From: Blepharisma stoltei ATCC 30299
Lineage: Eukaryota; Protista; Ciliophora
Direction: 5' to 3'
Length of the DNA stretch: 64,000 nt
Assembly: GCA_965603825.1 (NCBI GenBank)
Contig: CBFDEM010000048.1
Coordinates: 310,001-374,000 of the forward strand
The notes under the pieces were generated by a model. The model searched no databases. It was not told where the DNA came from and worked only from the letters and a program-made list of their open reading frames with translations. The position numbers and the translations under genes were made by a program. Position 1 is the first letter of the stretch, and every line of letters begins with the position of its first letter. Below are positions 9,972 through 20,924 of the stretch, one piece after another.

Positions 9972-12935
9972 TTAACTTTTCCATTTCATAGGAGATAAAG
10001 GCTCCTCTTCGTCACTTTCTTCTGCATATGCCTCCATTGGTTTTAATAAAGGTGATCTGTTGTCAAATTGCCCTGATAGTCTGTATGATTGTCTGTTGGA
10101 AAGAGTCCGTAAGTCACCGTATGAGTAATTTTTCTTGCATACGTTACTCCACCCTCTAAGCTGTTCCAGAATGTGTACAACTTCGCTTGCGTCGTTCACA
10201 TAAAAGTCAGCTGTACTTGGCTTTCTGCCAACTGTGCATGTGAAAGATTTTAATTCTCTCTTGTTGGCTAGGAGGTGGCTGCCTTCTTTTTTGAGAATTT
10301 TGACAACTTTAAACATTTCTTCGTCAGCGATGTCGTCTCCCATGGCTAAAACAAAATCAGGGGGCCCTCTTCTTTCTTTTAGGTCTTGGAGGATTTTATA
10401 GAGGGCTGTACCTTTTGTGGTGCCTTGCAGCTTTACTTCTACGTAGCCTAAGCCAGCTGAAACTTCGCATTCGTTCATGAAGGGCTTAAGCAGAATTTCT
10501 AAATGAGAAATCAGCTCTTTTGCTTGCCAAGAGCCAATGTCAGGATCCGTATCTCTATAAGAAAAAACTACAGAGCAGTCTTTGATTTCCATAGTGGATC
10601 CTTCAGTTCTAGTCACGTAAGCCCCAATGATTTGCTTAGCAGTCTCTATCCAAGGTAGCTCGCCATTAAATGAACTATCCCACGTATTTGCATAATTCCA
10701 TTTAAGCACCGCTCCATACTCAGCAGCCATCCCTAAACCTTGCACAGGCGCAAACCAATTTTCTACCACCTTTCTCGATCTCCCAGTTACCACAAACACA
10801 GTATTTCTCTCATCTTTGCACAAATCATTCAAACAGTTAACAATTTTTTCTGAAGGGCCCACACTTTTATCAATCTCCACCTGCCTCAAAAGATTTGACA
10901 AGGTTCCTTCATTGTCAAAGAAAAACACACGGTTTTTGGTTTCCTTATAAGCTTTAAGCAAATAATCAGCTCGAAGCAAGCTGAATTTCTTTTTAAGTGC
11001 AATTAATTTTAATTTATCGCCCAGTCCATGTGTGACATATTGGAAATGCTTTGTGTCCTTTCTGGCTCTGATTAGGTCAGTTAAAAAATTGTCAGCCCAT
11101 TTTGAGGTCGTATTACTGTTAATATAGTCGAGGTCTCTTTTGCGCTTTAGAACGTTTTGGCTGCTTGTTGGGGTGGTTATAAGGTAATGGATTTCTCCTT
11201 CAAGTTGGACAATGTCAAATGGATTGACTCTTTTTAAGCTGCTCAATGCTCGGCTGACTCCTGTGAACTCAGAAATGATAATTTCGACAGGTCGCTCTTT
11301 GTTAATTGCGATTACTTCAAAAGGAATCAAAAATAATCCTTCTCTGTAGGAGCTGTTCACAATGCCAGCTGCTATTGACATATAAGCATATCTCATAGGT
11401 CTAGTAATAACTGACCCATCAATAAATTCAACTACGTTTAGCCCGATTTCACTATTAATTTCATCTTTTAGCCTTACAATTTCTGCTAAAACTTCGTCTC
11501 TTTCTTTATCAGAGCTGTTTTTAGCTTCTATTAGCAACTGAACAAAAACAATTTTATTCTTATGATGTTGTAAATTTCGCATTGACAGCTTAAAAGCATT
11601 GAGTTTTAGCGCTATCCCTGAAAGCCTATGAAGTGGATCAATCCCTACCAGCACTTTTTTGCCGCTATATTGAGCTTTAAGTTCTTTTACAAGGTTGCCA
11701 TATTCTTCAGTGTTAACGACATTTTCAATAATTCTTGGCTCAATCCCCAGATGTCCAATTCTAATCATAATATGCCTTCCATAGTAGTCTAGCATTAAAT
11801 AACCCTTTGGAGAAAACTGGTGATCAATTCCAAGCAGCCTCTTGCAGGAGTCTAAAAAGTGTCGGGCATACTGAAACAGATGGAACCCTATCAAATCACA
11901 ACAAAGCATCGCATGCAAAATCGCTTCTCTGTGAGGCAAAACTCTGAAAATTTCTGAGCTTGGGAAAGGGTTGTGCAGAAAGATGCCAATATTTAGGATA
12001 TCTCTGGTCCTTCTCGATACAAAGCTCGGGGTCAACAGGAGCTGGTAGTCATGAACCCATATAAGCTCATCTTTATATACCTTCATTATTTTGTCAGCAG
12101 CTAAAGAGTTCACTTTTCTATAAGCTTCCCATGACTCTTCTGAGTATTGAGGATTATTTTTTCTTGACGTCCCAATAATATTGCTGAAAAGTGGATAAAG
12201 AATTCCATTGCAGAATTGTGTATGCATTGCCATTGTATCTTCTGGGATAAACAGTGGCTCACATTTATATTTCGCTCTCAGCTCGTTCGCTAGCTCTTCT
12301 TGTTCTGCTTCATCTTCTACATATATATAAGGCCAGCCAATCCATATAAAATTAATGTTCTCCCTAATCGCAATTTCATATAAAACAGGAAGCCACAGTC
12401 CTCTGGCCTTGGTAAAGATCCATTTTTCTGAATTAGGCTTTTCTGCCTCATAGCTGGGGTTTCTTTCTACTATTATCGGCAAATTCATCGACACTATAAT
12501 AAGAGAAGAAGAATCAGGGCTGAACCTTTGTCCTTCATCAATGGTGATAATTGGGTTTTCAAGGGTCCTTGCAAGGGTTATGCTTGGGTCTATTTGGCAC
12601 TGGATTTGTCGGGAAATGTGGGAGCCAGCCTCATCTCTGACAATCATATTGTAATCTTCAACTTCAAGTATACGATTTTCTTTGAGCTCTTCCCATTTAC
12701 AGCTAAGCTGATTGCGGTAAACATATTTGTAATAGGTCGTGGTATTAGATTTCAGCAGGATAGGGACAGAAGTGGACCAAACTGGGTAGCGGTCTGGGTC
12801 TGTTTTCATTGCTATGCCTTTGAGAGGGTTTCAGGCACCGAGCTCTTCGGCTTCTCCAACTACAATTATGTCTTCGCCTGGCTGAGTGTTTGCCATGTAT
12901 TCAAAAGTTACTCTTACATTTTGTGAGGAAGACAT
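9972..12935 (-). CDS. CBM20 + trehalose-6-phosphate synthase + phosphatase (TPS/TPP-like) fusion
   Basis: N-terminal TQPGEDIIVVG..ELGA-(TGA 12831-12833)-NP..YPVW (CBM20). GT20 motifs WVHDYQL and FLHNPFPSSEIFR. HAD motifs FFDNEGTL and GDDIADEEMF. Confidence 0.9.
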
Positions 12936-13310
12936 TATACTAAATTATAATAATAAATGGAGTTAATAGTTAGATTGTTTATAAAATCAGATTCAGTTAT
13001 TTACTGAATTTACTGTTAATCACTTCTTCTTCTGTCTTTTTGTTATTGATGATTGCATTTTTGACTAAGCTTATTTTTAAATAGTGGAATCAGTAATAGC
13101 TATATATGAATGATAATAACTTAAATATTTAAGGTAAATTATTTTTTAATGGATAAGCCATATCATTCTAATAGTAAATCTCATTTTATAAGGCTGTTTT
13201 CTTATAGAAGGATCTAGTTTAATAATTCCCTATATAAATTATTTTGCACTTTTATTTATTGCAACGAATTAAAATAAAAAAATAATTAAAGAACTAATCC
13301 AGTTTTTTAT

Positions 13311-15128
13311 TTATTTATTTGAAATTGATAGAAGCTTCAGTTGCTCCGGATTGCTTGCCCATGCAGCTCTTAAAACAGCAATGGCTTCGTTAACTTTAAC
13401 TCTCAACTCTAGTGGATTGCTAAGTAGTGTAATAATTTCATCATTTGTCATTTCCAGCAGCATACCAGTGATCTTCCCAGCAATGTTTTGGTTAGAAAAC
13501 GTGATCACAATGTGGTACAAAGCTTCTCCTAAAATTTGTTTATGCTGGGACGGGTCAACCTTGGTGAGATCTGGAATTGGTGGTTTTGGCATTTGGACTT
13601 GCTGAGGAGGTTGAGGTAATGGCTGCATTGGTTGAATTTGATGAATCATCGGCGGATGAGGCACCATATTATGAATTGGCCTTGGCGGCATTGGATAATT
13701 CATCTGTGGAGGTGGACCCATATGAGGCCCTGGAATTCCTCTTGCTCTTGGCATTTGGTTTTGCGGCACTTGAGGTCTGAAGAAGTTTCCTCTCCCCATT
13801 TGCATTCCTTGATGTGGTCCAAATGGCCACATGTATTTCATTTGTTTCTTGATCTTGGACTGCAGAATTATTTTCTTTAATTCCTCTCTTGGCTTCCATT
13901 TAGCAACTATCAATTTATTGCCTTCAATTGTCTGAGTTTGGAGACCTCTTATTGCGTTATTCAAAGCCTGCTCAGTCTTAAAGCAAACAAAAGCAACTCC
14001 TCTTGATGTCATTTCTTTAGTAATTGATGATGGAACCCTGCTTCCAGAAGCATCATAAGTATAAGTGACAGACTGGTTAATTACATTTCCATTTGCGTCG
14101 TATTTTGGTGCTTCGAATTTGATGTTTTCTGACTTGCATATTTTTACTGAAGTAATTTCTCCATACTGAGCACAAAGTTTTTCGAGTTTTTCTTCATCGA
14201 TTCCTAGTGGAAGATTTCTAATATAAAGATTCACTCTCTTCCATAGCTCTACCTGCTTGGAGTATTTTTCTCTCAGAAGAGCCAGCCTATAAGTTTTTTT
14301 CATATGTGGGACGACATACCAGCTAAACCCATCCTCGTCAGAATTGTTTAAGCTTAGAGCAGCTTCTGCAGCTCTTTCGCTGCCAAAGCAAATAAACCCA
14401 AATGGCAACCCAGACTTAGAAAACATAATGGCTACTGAAATAACGTCACCAAACTGTGAAAACTTGTTTAATAGGTCTCCTTCTGAGTAGCTTTGTGGGA
14501 ATCCTCTCACATACAAGTTTTTATTCGTTGAGTTGTCAACTCTTTGGTTGACTGGCAAGAACTTTGATACCGAAATTAATTGTCCAAGCCACGTTGACCC
14601 ATTCTTGCTTTGAATCGCTTGAGCAGCACTTTCCTTCTTATCAAACTGAATGAAGCCATATCTCAAAGGTCTGCCTTGGTCATCATACACAACTTTTGAT
14701 GACACAATATTCCCAAATACTGAAAAATAATCCTTAAATTCTTTTGCAGAAACTGATTCTGGGATGTTCTTGACAAAAATATTGGCATCTTGGAGCCTCT
14801 CTTGGGTGAATTTGACAACGCGAATATGTCGACCATTGATGACTTCGCCGTCAAGCTCGTTCTGCGCCTTTACAGCGGACTCAGGAGAAGTGAAGGAAAC
14901 CAATGCATAATTCAGACTTGAAGGAACCTTGAAACTCCGGATTATGCGGATGTAGTTGATGCTGCCAAAGCGGATCAAGTGCTGGTAAAGTTGGGACTCG
15001 GTCACTTGGGTGTCTAGGTCTCCTACAAAAAGTTGAGGTTGTGGGGGTGGTTGAGTTATTGGTGGATTCTTTAAACCTTGGCTTTCCATTTCTGCTTGTT
15101 TTGGCCTTAGGTTAATATTATCATCCAT
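13311..15128 (-). CDS. PABP: Polyadenylate-binding protein (4 RRM + MLLE)
   Basis: Four RRMs, a Pro/Gln-rich linker, KQILGEALY..AGKITGMLLEM. Confidence 0.92.
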   Translation of the reverse strand: MDDNINLRPKQAEMESQGLKNPPITQPPPQPQLFVGDLDTQVTESQLYQHLIRFGSINYIRIIRSFKVPSSLNYALVSFTSPESAVKAQNELDGEVINGRHIRVVKFTQERLQDANIFVKNIPESVSAKEFKDYFSVFGNIVSSKVVYDDQGRPLRYGFIQFDKKESAAQAIQSKNGSTWLGQLISVSKFLPVNQRVDNSTNKNLYVRGFPQSYSEGDLLNKFSQFGDVISVAIMFSKSGLPFGFICFGSERAAEAALSLNNSDEDGFSWYVVPHMKKTYRLALLREKYSKQVELWKRVNLYIRNLPLGIDEEKLEKLCAQYGEITSVKICKSENIKFEAPKYDANGNVINQSVTYTYDASGSRVPSSITKEMTSRGVAFVCFKTEQALNNAIRGLQTQTIEGNKLIVAKWKPREELKKIILQSKIKKQMKYMWPFGPHQGMQMGRGNFFRPQVPQNQMPRARGIPGPHMGPPPQMNYPMPPRPIHNMVPHPPMIHQIQPMQPLPQPPQQVQMPKPPIPDLTKVDPSQHKQILGEALYHIVITFSNQNIAGKITGMLLEMTNDEIITLLSNPLELRVKVNEAIAVLRAAWASNPEQLKLLSISNK

Positions 15129-15484
15129 TTACGCGCTTGATATGAAATCCCTGTTAAAAGGGTGTTGCAGATTGAGAATAAAAAGCTCGAGAATATTCTA
15201 AAAATAAAGGATGGACAGAAAACAAAATTATGAAAATTTATTGAGGATTGTGAGGGCTGAGGGAAACAATAGATTTTATCAGCGATTATATTTCTGTTTA
15301 ATTTATGTAAAATAAAAATAAAGGTTTAATTTATTTTCTGAGAGCGATATATATTTCATTGTGGAAATCAATTGATTTTATTTTTATATTACAAATTTGA
15401 TAAAATCACATATTAATTGGCTTTGCTCTGCAAATTTCTATTCACAAGGAAAAAATTAAAAATACATTCATATTGCAAATCTAG

Positions 15485-16231
15485 TTAGTGCTCATTTTGC
15501 AGTAGTTTTATTTCAACTATCTCCCAACGATTGTTATTCAATTTTATCTTGCCAAACACTGATGGGCCTGGGTTTACAACAGGAACACCTTCTAGATCAA
15601 AAATCCCTTTCCCACAATGCTGATGACCATGAAAATTTACCAAAATTGTATCATGAAGTTCATTCAATAAATCAGCCAGTCCTTGGTTCCCTGATTCAAT
15701 TCCATCATCGAAACACTTGGAGGTATTACTCCCTAAAGGTCCGAAATGAGTTAAAAGAATATATTGCCCTGGCATATGCAATTGGGGATGCAATACTCGT
15801 CTTACTACTCAGTTGCAAATCGTTCTTGTTTGATATGGTTTTCCATAATATCTTTCTTCATCTCCTACAAAACTTGGCGGCGCCCCTCCTAGTCCTGCAA
15901 TAAATAGTCCAGGAACTATTTCATGCGCAACATCTCCTAATAAAATAAATTTTTTGCTACTTAGATACTCACAGAAATTGCCTGGAAATTCTCTCAAAGG
16001 GTTCATATGGAGAATAAAGCAATTATGATCATGATTTCCAGGTATCCAATAAATCGGCTTATCTAATTGCTCCAAAATTTCTAACTGTCTTCATACAGAT
16101 GGAAGATTATCATAACCTCTTGAAAAATCTCCAGCATGTAGGACAATGTCAGGCTTACTTTTTTCTACAATTGTTTCTAATTCTTCATATCCCTCATGGC
16201 TATCAGTAACTACCAGAAAATTCAACTCCAT
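15485..16231 (-). CDS. Calcineurin-like metallophosphoesterase (TGA at 16091 and 15809)
   Basis: VVTDSH, HAGDF, IPGNHD, LLTHFGP, FHGHQH, VNPG motifs all in one frame. Confidence 0.85.
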
Positions 16232-16407
16232 TTAATGTATAGCCCAAGAAAGCCGAATGAATTTCCATAGACCTAGGTGTAATAGCAATAAGTAATAAAA
16301 TTTTCATTAATTAAATAATGAGTTCTAGCTAACTAATTATATGGTTTTATAAAGTAATAAATCTATAGAATTGTAGCAAGTTTTATTAAAAATGAACTAT
16401 ATATAAA

Positions 16408-17295
16408 ATGTTAGGATATTCTATGAAAAGCTACTTATGCCACAATTGCCACAAATCTTCACTTTTAGATACTTCAAATTTAATTTGTCCTCACTGTGGA
16501 AATGATTTTCTTGAAGAAGAAGCCACAGCTCGAGCAATTCAACGTCAACGGGCATCTCATGAAAATCAACAAACTTATGAATACGTAAGATATTACTGCT
16601 ACACTTGCAAAGAGACAAGCCTTATAAATCCGCATCATATGGTTTGCCCTAAATGCCAGGGAACAATATTAGAAGAAGCCTCAAGTGTCAGGCCTATCAA
16701 TAAGCCAGAATTCCGAATTCCAGAAGAGCCTCGATTTGAGCAGCCACATGATGATCCACATGACCATCGCTATAGGCAGCACAACAGAAGGCAGCCTAAT
16801 CATGGAAGCAATCGTCGTGATCGTCAAAGAGAAGAATCTCCATTCTCAGCCTTCTTCGACTCCCCATTTTGGGAGAATGGCGTCTTTCGAGATTTCGAAA
16901 GAGACCCTTTTGAAGCTTTTGAACCATTTTTCAATGGAAACCATTTTGGAAGACGACAAGAAAGAGTCCTTGGCCGACTATTTGGAGATCTTAGCATAAA
17001 CCCTATTGAATATCTAAATCAACAATTAGGAAGTTTTGATGACATTATTAATCAACTTTCCCGAAGGAATGGCCAGCAGACTCATCCAGCTTCAGAAGAG
17101 TCAATAAATCGCTTGAAAAAAAGAATAGTGCAAAGAGGAGAAGAGATCCAAAAATGTTCAGTGTGTATGGACGATATAGCTGAAGGCACCGAAGCTAATG
17201 TCCTTAGCTGTAGCCACGCATTTCATCCTGATTGCATTCAGCCTTGGCTAAGAGTAAAAAACACATGTCCTGTCTGCAGAAAAGAAGTGAGATAA
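16408..17295 (+). CDS. RING-H2 E3 ligase, RNF126/RNF115-like, with two N-terminal zinc ribbons
   Basis: YLCHNC..CPHCGNDFLEE and YYCYTC..CPKCQGTILEE; C-terminal CSVC..C.H.FH..C..W...CPVCR. Confidence 0.88.
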   Translation: MLGYSMKSYLCHNCHKSSLLDTSNLICPHCGNDFLEEEATARAIQRQRASHENQQTYEYVRYYCYTCKETSLINPHHMVCPKCQGTILEEASSVRPINKPEFRIPEEPRFEQPHDDPHDHRYRQHNRRQPNHGSNRRDRQREESPFSAFFDSPFWENGVFRDFERDPFEAFEPFFNGNHFGRRQERVLGRLFGDLSINPIEYLNQQLGSFDDIINQLSRRNGQQTHPASEESINRLKKRIVQRGEEIQKCSVCMDDIAEGTEANVLSCSHAFHPDCIQPWLRVKNTCPVCRKEVR

Positions 17296-17424
17296 TAATT
17301 AATTAAAATGCCTATTAATTATGAGTCTGTTTTCTTGCTTTACAAGAAAGGAGACATTTGGATTAATATAAAAAAATCCTGGCTTTTTAACTAAGGAAAA
17401 CTTCAATGTTAATATATATTCCAG

Positions 17425-18429
17425 TTACTCACTGATCATAATTTTAAAGCACATATGCCCGATCTTCATCAGAGATCCAAGATCGATTGAGATTTTTGGA
17501 GATTGTGAATGTAATTCTACTGTAGATTCCACATGCATTTGTTTCCAAATGAAGTCTGCTTGGTTTCTTGCCTTAATTTTCCAATTATTCTGTATTTTTT
17601 CGAATTCTGCGTAGCATTCATTGTCATTTTCACCTGGAATCACAATTGAATTCCTAGGTCCACTGCCAATTGTAACGCTGTTTGATATCCTAAAATATCG
17701 TACTTCTTCGTTTTCGTTATTATACTTTACACAAATTTCCAGGTCTGGGCCCGGATGAATTATTTGTTTAATAGATATTTCAGCTTTTCCAAAAACATAG
17801 ACTTCGCCAACTGATACAATATCGTTTTTTATTTGGTATAAGCCTTCCGGATTTTCTGTTGGCGTTTCTCATGCTTTGAAAAAGCTGCTGTTTGCTTCGT
17901 AATACACTGAAATTACGTTTTCTACATTCGGAACGTTTACGTGGTGAAACTGTCCTGGCTGGCTGAGCCCAACTGTTAATAGGATGCTGCTATCTTCAAT
18001 TTTAAATTTTTGAGGCTTTGACCTATGATATTCTGGAAAAATGACCTTTAAATACTTCTCTGAGGAAGGCGTTTTATCCTCCTCATAGATTTGGCGATTC
18101 ATAGGCTTGACTTCTTCATAAATTTGTTCTGATGGTCTCATTACTAAGTTAGGTTGCTGATTAATTGGGATTTGGCAAACAGAATTTCCGAATGAAAAAA
18201 GTTTTTCCAGCAAGTGCTTCAATTCAGATATTTTGCTATTCGTGTAAGGGCATTTTTCTGAGGTAAAATCACTTAAACTTTTGAAGTACATTTTGGTTAG
18301 TGGAGGTATGTCATTTTGAAGTAGCATAGTTGAGCATCTTCAAATGGACAATCGTGCAATCTCTACAAGATCAGGATTACCGGAGTCTAAAAAACGTGTC
18401 CAAATTAATTGATATTGTGCCAAATCCAT
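17425..18429 (-). CDS. Hypothetical protein, possibly with a degenerate FHA-like C-terminal domain
   Basis: Single frame from ATG 18429 to TAA when two TGAs are read as Trp. VTIGSGPRNSIVI and LGSLMKIG are FHA-like. Confidence 0.6.
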
Positions 18430-19086
18430 TTTGGAGAGATTATTGCAACTCTATATCAATTATTATCACTTGTGAGGCATTATGGAGTTTCATTTCACCT
18501 AATAAATGCCTTATGGGGATTTATAATTCAAAGGGATAGACATTAGCGAAAACCTATAATGCTATTGCATGGATTTTCGATCTTGAAAAAAAATTATTTG
18601 GAAGTTAAGAAATTTTCGAGGTTTTTAGAGTTTATATTTATAATTAAATTGTGGATTTTTAATTTATATAGTTGATTTATTATTAAGATTTTACGGATAC
18701 AAATGCAACTTCTTATGAATCTTTTGATGGCAAAATAATTATTTCTCTATATGACTCATAAAAATTTTAGAGAGTAATATGTTGGAAATTACCATCTAAT
18801 ACTTCTAATTAAATTTTAATTAAAAATAATTTTTAAAAAACCATAAGCTTCATTAAATAAACATGAAATATTATATAATTATAAATTTTATTTATAAATT
18901 CAAACTATTATAGTGCTCTCAATAAATCAGAAATATATCTGCTTAAGTGATGCTTTTCATAATGACCAAAACTCTATATTAAATCCCTTTAAACTTCTTT
19001 TAGCCTATCATTTTTCTCGTTTTCTCTCAAAGTTTTAGTATATAACATTTCATTATTGCCCCTTATTTAATCCAAATAAATTTGAA

Positions 19087-19431
19087 ATGGAAACTTGCGC
19101 CATATGCCTCGAAAATTTAGAAAGCCAAGATCGCGGAATTCTTTATCCATGCAAACACTCTTTGTTTCATTCTTCATGTGTTTCGCATTGGGGAGATATT
19201 TGCAATAAGTGTCCTGTTTGCAAGATGACTTTCCAAAATATCAATGATATGAAAGTAGAAGATCAAAACAACCTGCCCAAACGAATAATAATTTACAAGC
19301 GGGATTTAAGTGAAAGTGAGTATGAAAGTAGCGACGAAAGTGAATTTGAAGGTGAAATAGAACCAATTCAATATCCTCCCAGAGCGAGATTACCCAGAAA
19401 ATGTAGAGTACATAGCGCCTTAAAAATTTAA
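19087..19431 (+). CDS. Small RING-finger protein
   Basis: CAICLE..PCKHSLFH..C..W...CPVCK. Confidence 0.8.
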   Translation: METCAICLENLESQDRGILYPCKHSLFHSSCVSHWGDICNKCPVCKMTFQNINDMKVEDQNNLPKRIIIYKRDLSESEYESSDESEFEGEIEPIQYPPRARLPRKCRVHSALKI

Positions 19432-19527
19432 ATAATTCATAATGTGTCTAATAATTATTAATTTCAATTTAAAATCTCTTTGCCTTTGCTATTTATTTGC
19501 TTTGCAAATAATCGTTTTCTTATAAAT

Positions 19528-19902
19528 ATGAAGCTAATTCTTTTGCTTTTCTTTGGATGTGTCTTATCGATCAAGCTAAATCCTGAGCGGCCAAAAAATC
19601 TATTTTTCCGGACATCGCTAGGCTTACAGATGAACACAGTAGTTTCTAATCCTAAAGGCTTTGAAAATATTTTTGAAGAAGTTAAAGATGAGATCAGCTC
19701 TATTCAAGCTAAGGATATAAAGAACAATTCTCCATCAGAATTTCTAAGCCATCCTAATAAAGACAAATCCTGACAGAACACTAAATTCAATGAGAATTTT
19801 TACTCATATTCTCTTTATCTCTCTATTGGAATAGTATGCATCTTCGGTGCCGTATATTTTTACAAAAAGAAAACTCTTGCTTTAAATTTATATAAATTAT
19901 AA
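19528..19902 (+). CDS. Small type-I membrane protein (signal peptide plus C-terminal TM; TGA 19771)
   Basis: MKLILLLFFGCVLS signal peptide. After the TGA, YSLYLSIGIVCIFGAVYFY-KKK forms a TM segment with a basic stop-transfer. Confidence 0.7.
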
Positions 19903-19903
19903 T

Positions 19904-20914
19904 TTAATATCTGTATTGCATTTCTTCTTTATTAGGAATTCTGAACCTATTAGAAGGAGATGATAAAGCACTTGTAAATCCTTGAGGAGAAACTGGTACA
20001 GTTGAAGACTCTTTAGCCAGAAATGAAGTAAACGGATTTTTTAAAAAATCGTCAGCGATTTTAAGCATTGTGCTTTCTTGAGGCTTATTTTTTAAAATTG
20101 GTATTTTTTCAGCTTTCGGGAGGTTCTTTGAACTCACGTAATTTTGTAATTGCTCTATTGGGCATGTCTCAGGCTCTTTCAAGTCTAGAGAAAAGCTAAA
20201 TGAGGATAGTGATCCACATCTATACTGGCTTGAAGGTTTTTGCAATTGGTTTCCTTTAATTTCTCGTAATTTTTTGGTTGGACTCTCCCATGTTAATTCC
20301 TGAGGTTCTGTTAGCGATTCAATTTCACCTTTACTATTATATAGCAGCTCATCTTTTTGAAATTCGCCTTTTAGCCCACTATTGGGACTTGCTAGGTATT
20401 TTGGAAGCTTAGACTTCTTTTGAGCTTTCGTCTCATTATTATGCTGGTGATGGCTAATTTTCATTGCTGCGGTGCTTGTAGCATTTTGCTGAATCCCCGA
20501 TATATTTTGCTTGGATCTTGACGAGCTCCTTGAAGGATCCATACAGTTTGTATCCTGGTTCCCCAGTTTTAAATTTTGTTTAGATTTTCATCCAACATCC
20601 TCAGAATTCTGCTGTAAAATTATTTCATTAAGCTTCTCATTAGTTTTTGGCCGACTTTCCAAGTTATCAACTTTACTTGATATCCTTAGGATGTCTTTTT
20701 TCATATTCACTAAAGCTTCTTCAATATCTTTTTTCTTTTTGTCATGAAATCCTGCTTCTTGCAATACTGTTTCATATGTAACTACTGAGTGCTTTTCTTT
20801 TATTCTATTAATCCCTACCACAACGCTGGCTTCTATGCATTTTCGCCACTGATACTTCGGAAATTGATCTAAAAAATCGTGAATTTCTGGGTTATCACAT
20901 AAGAGCTCAAGCAT
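19904..20914 (-). CDS. Hypothetical protein (coiled coil + low complexity; TGA 20588)
   Basis: The two track ORFs join in frame across a single TGA. Confidence 0.75.
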
Positions 20915-20924
20915 TTAAAATTAA

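Noticed and set aside
740-12935. PGM and CBM20-TPS/TPP as a carbohydrate gene cluster
   Set aside because: They are separated by five unrelated genes; proximity is probably chance.
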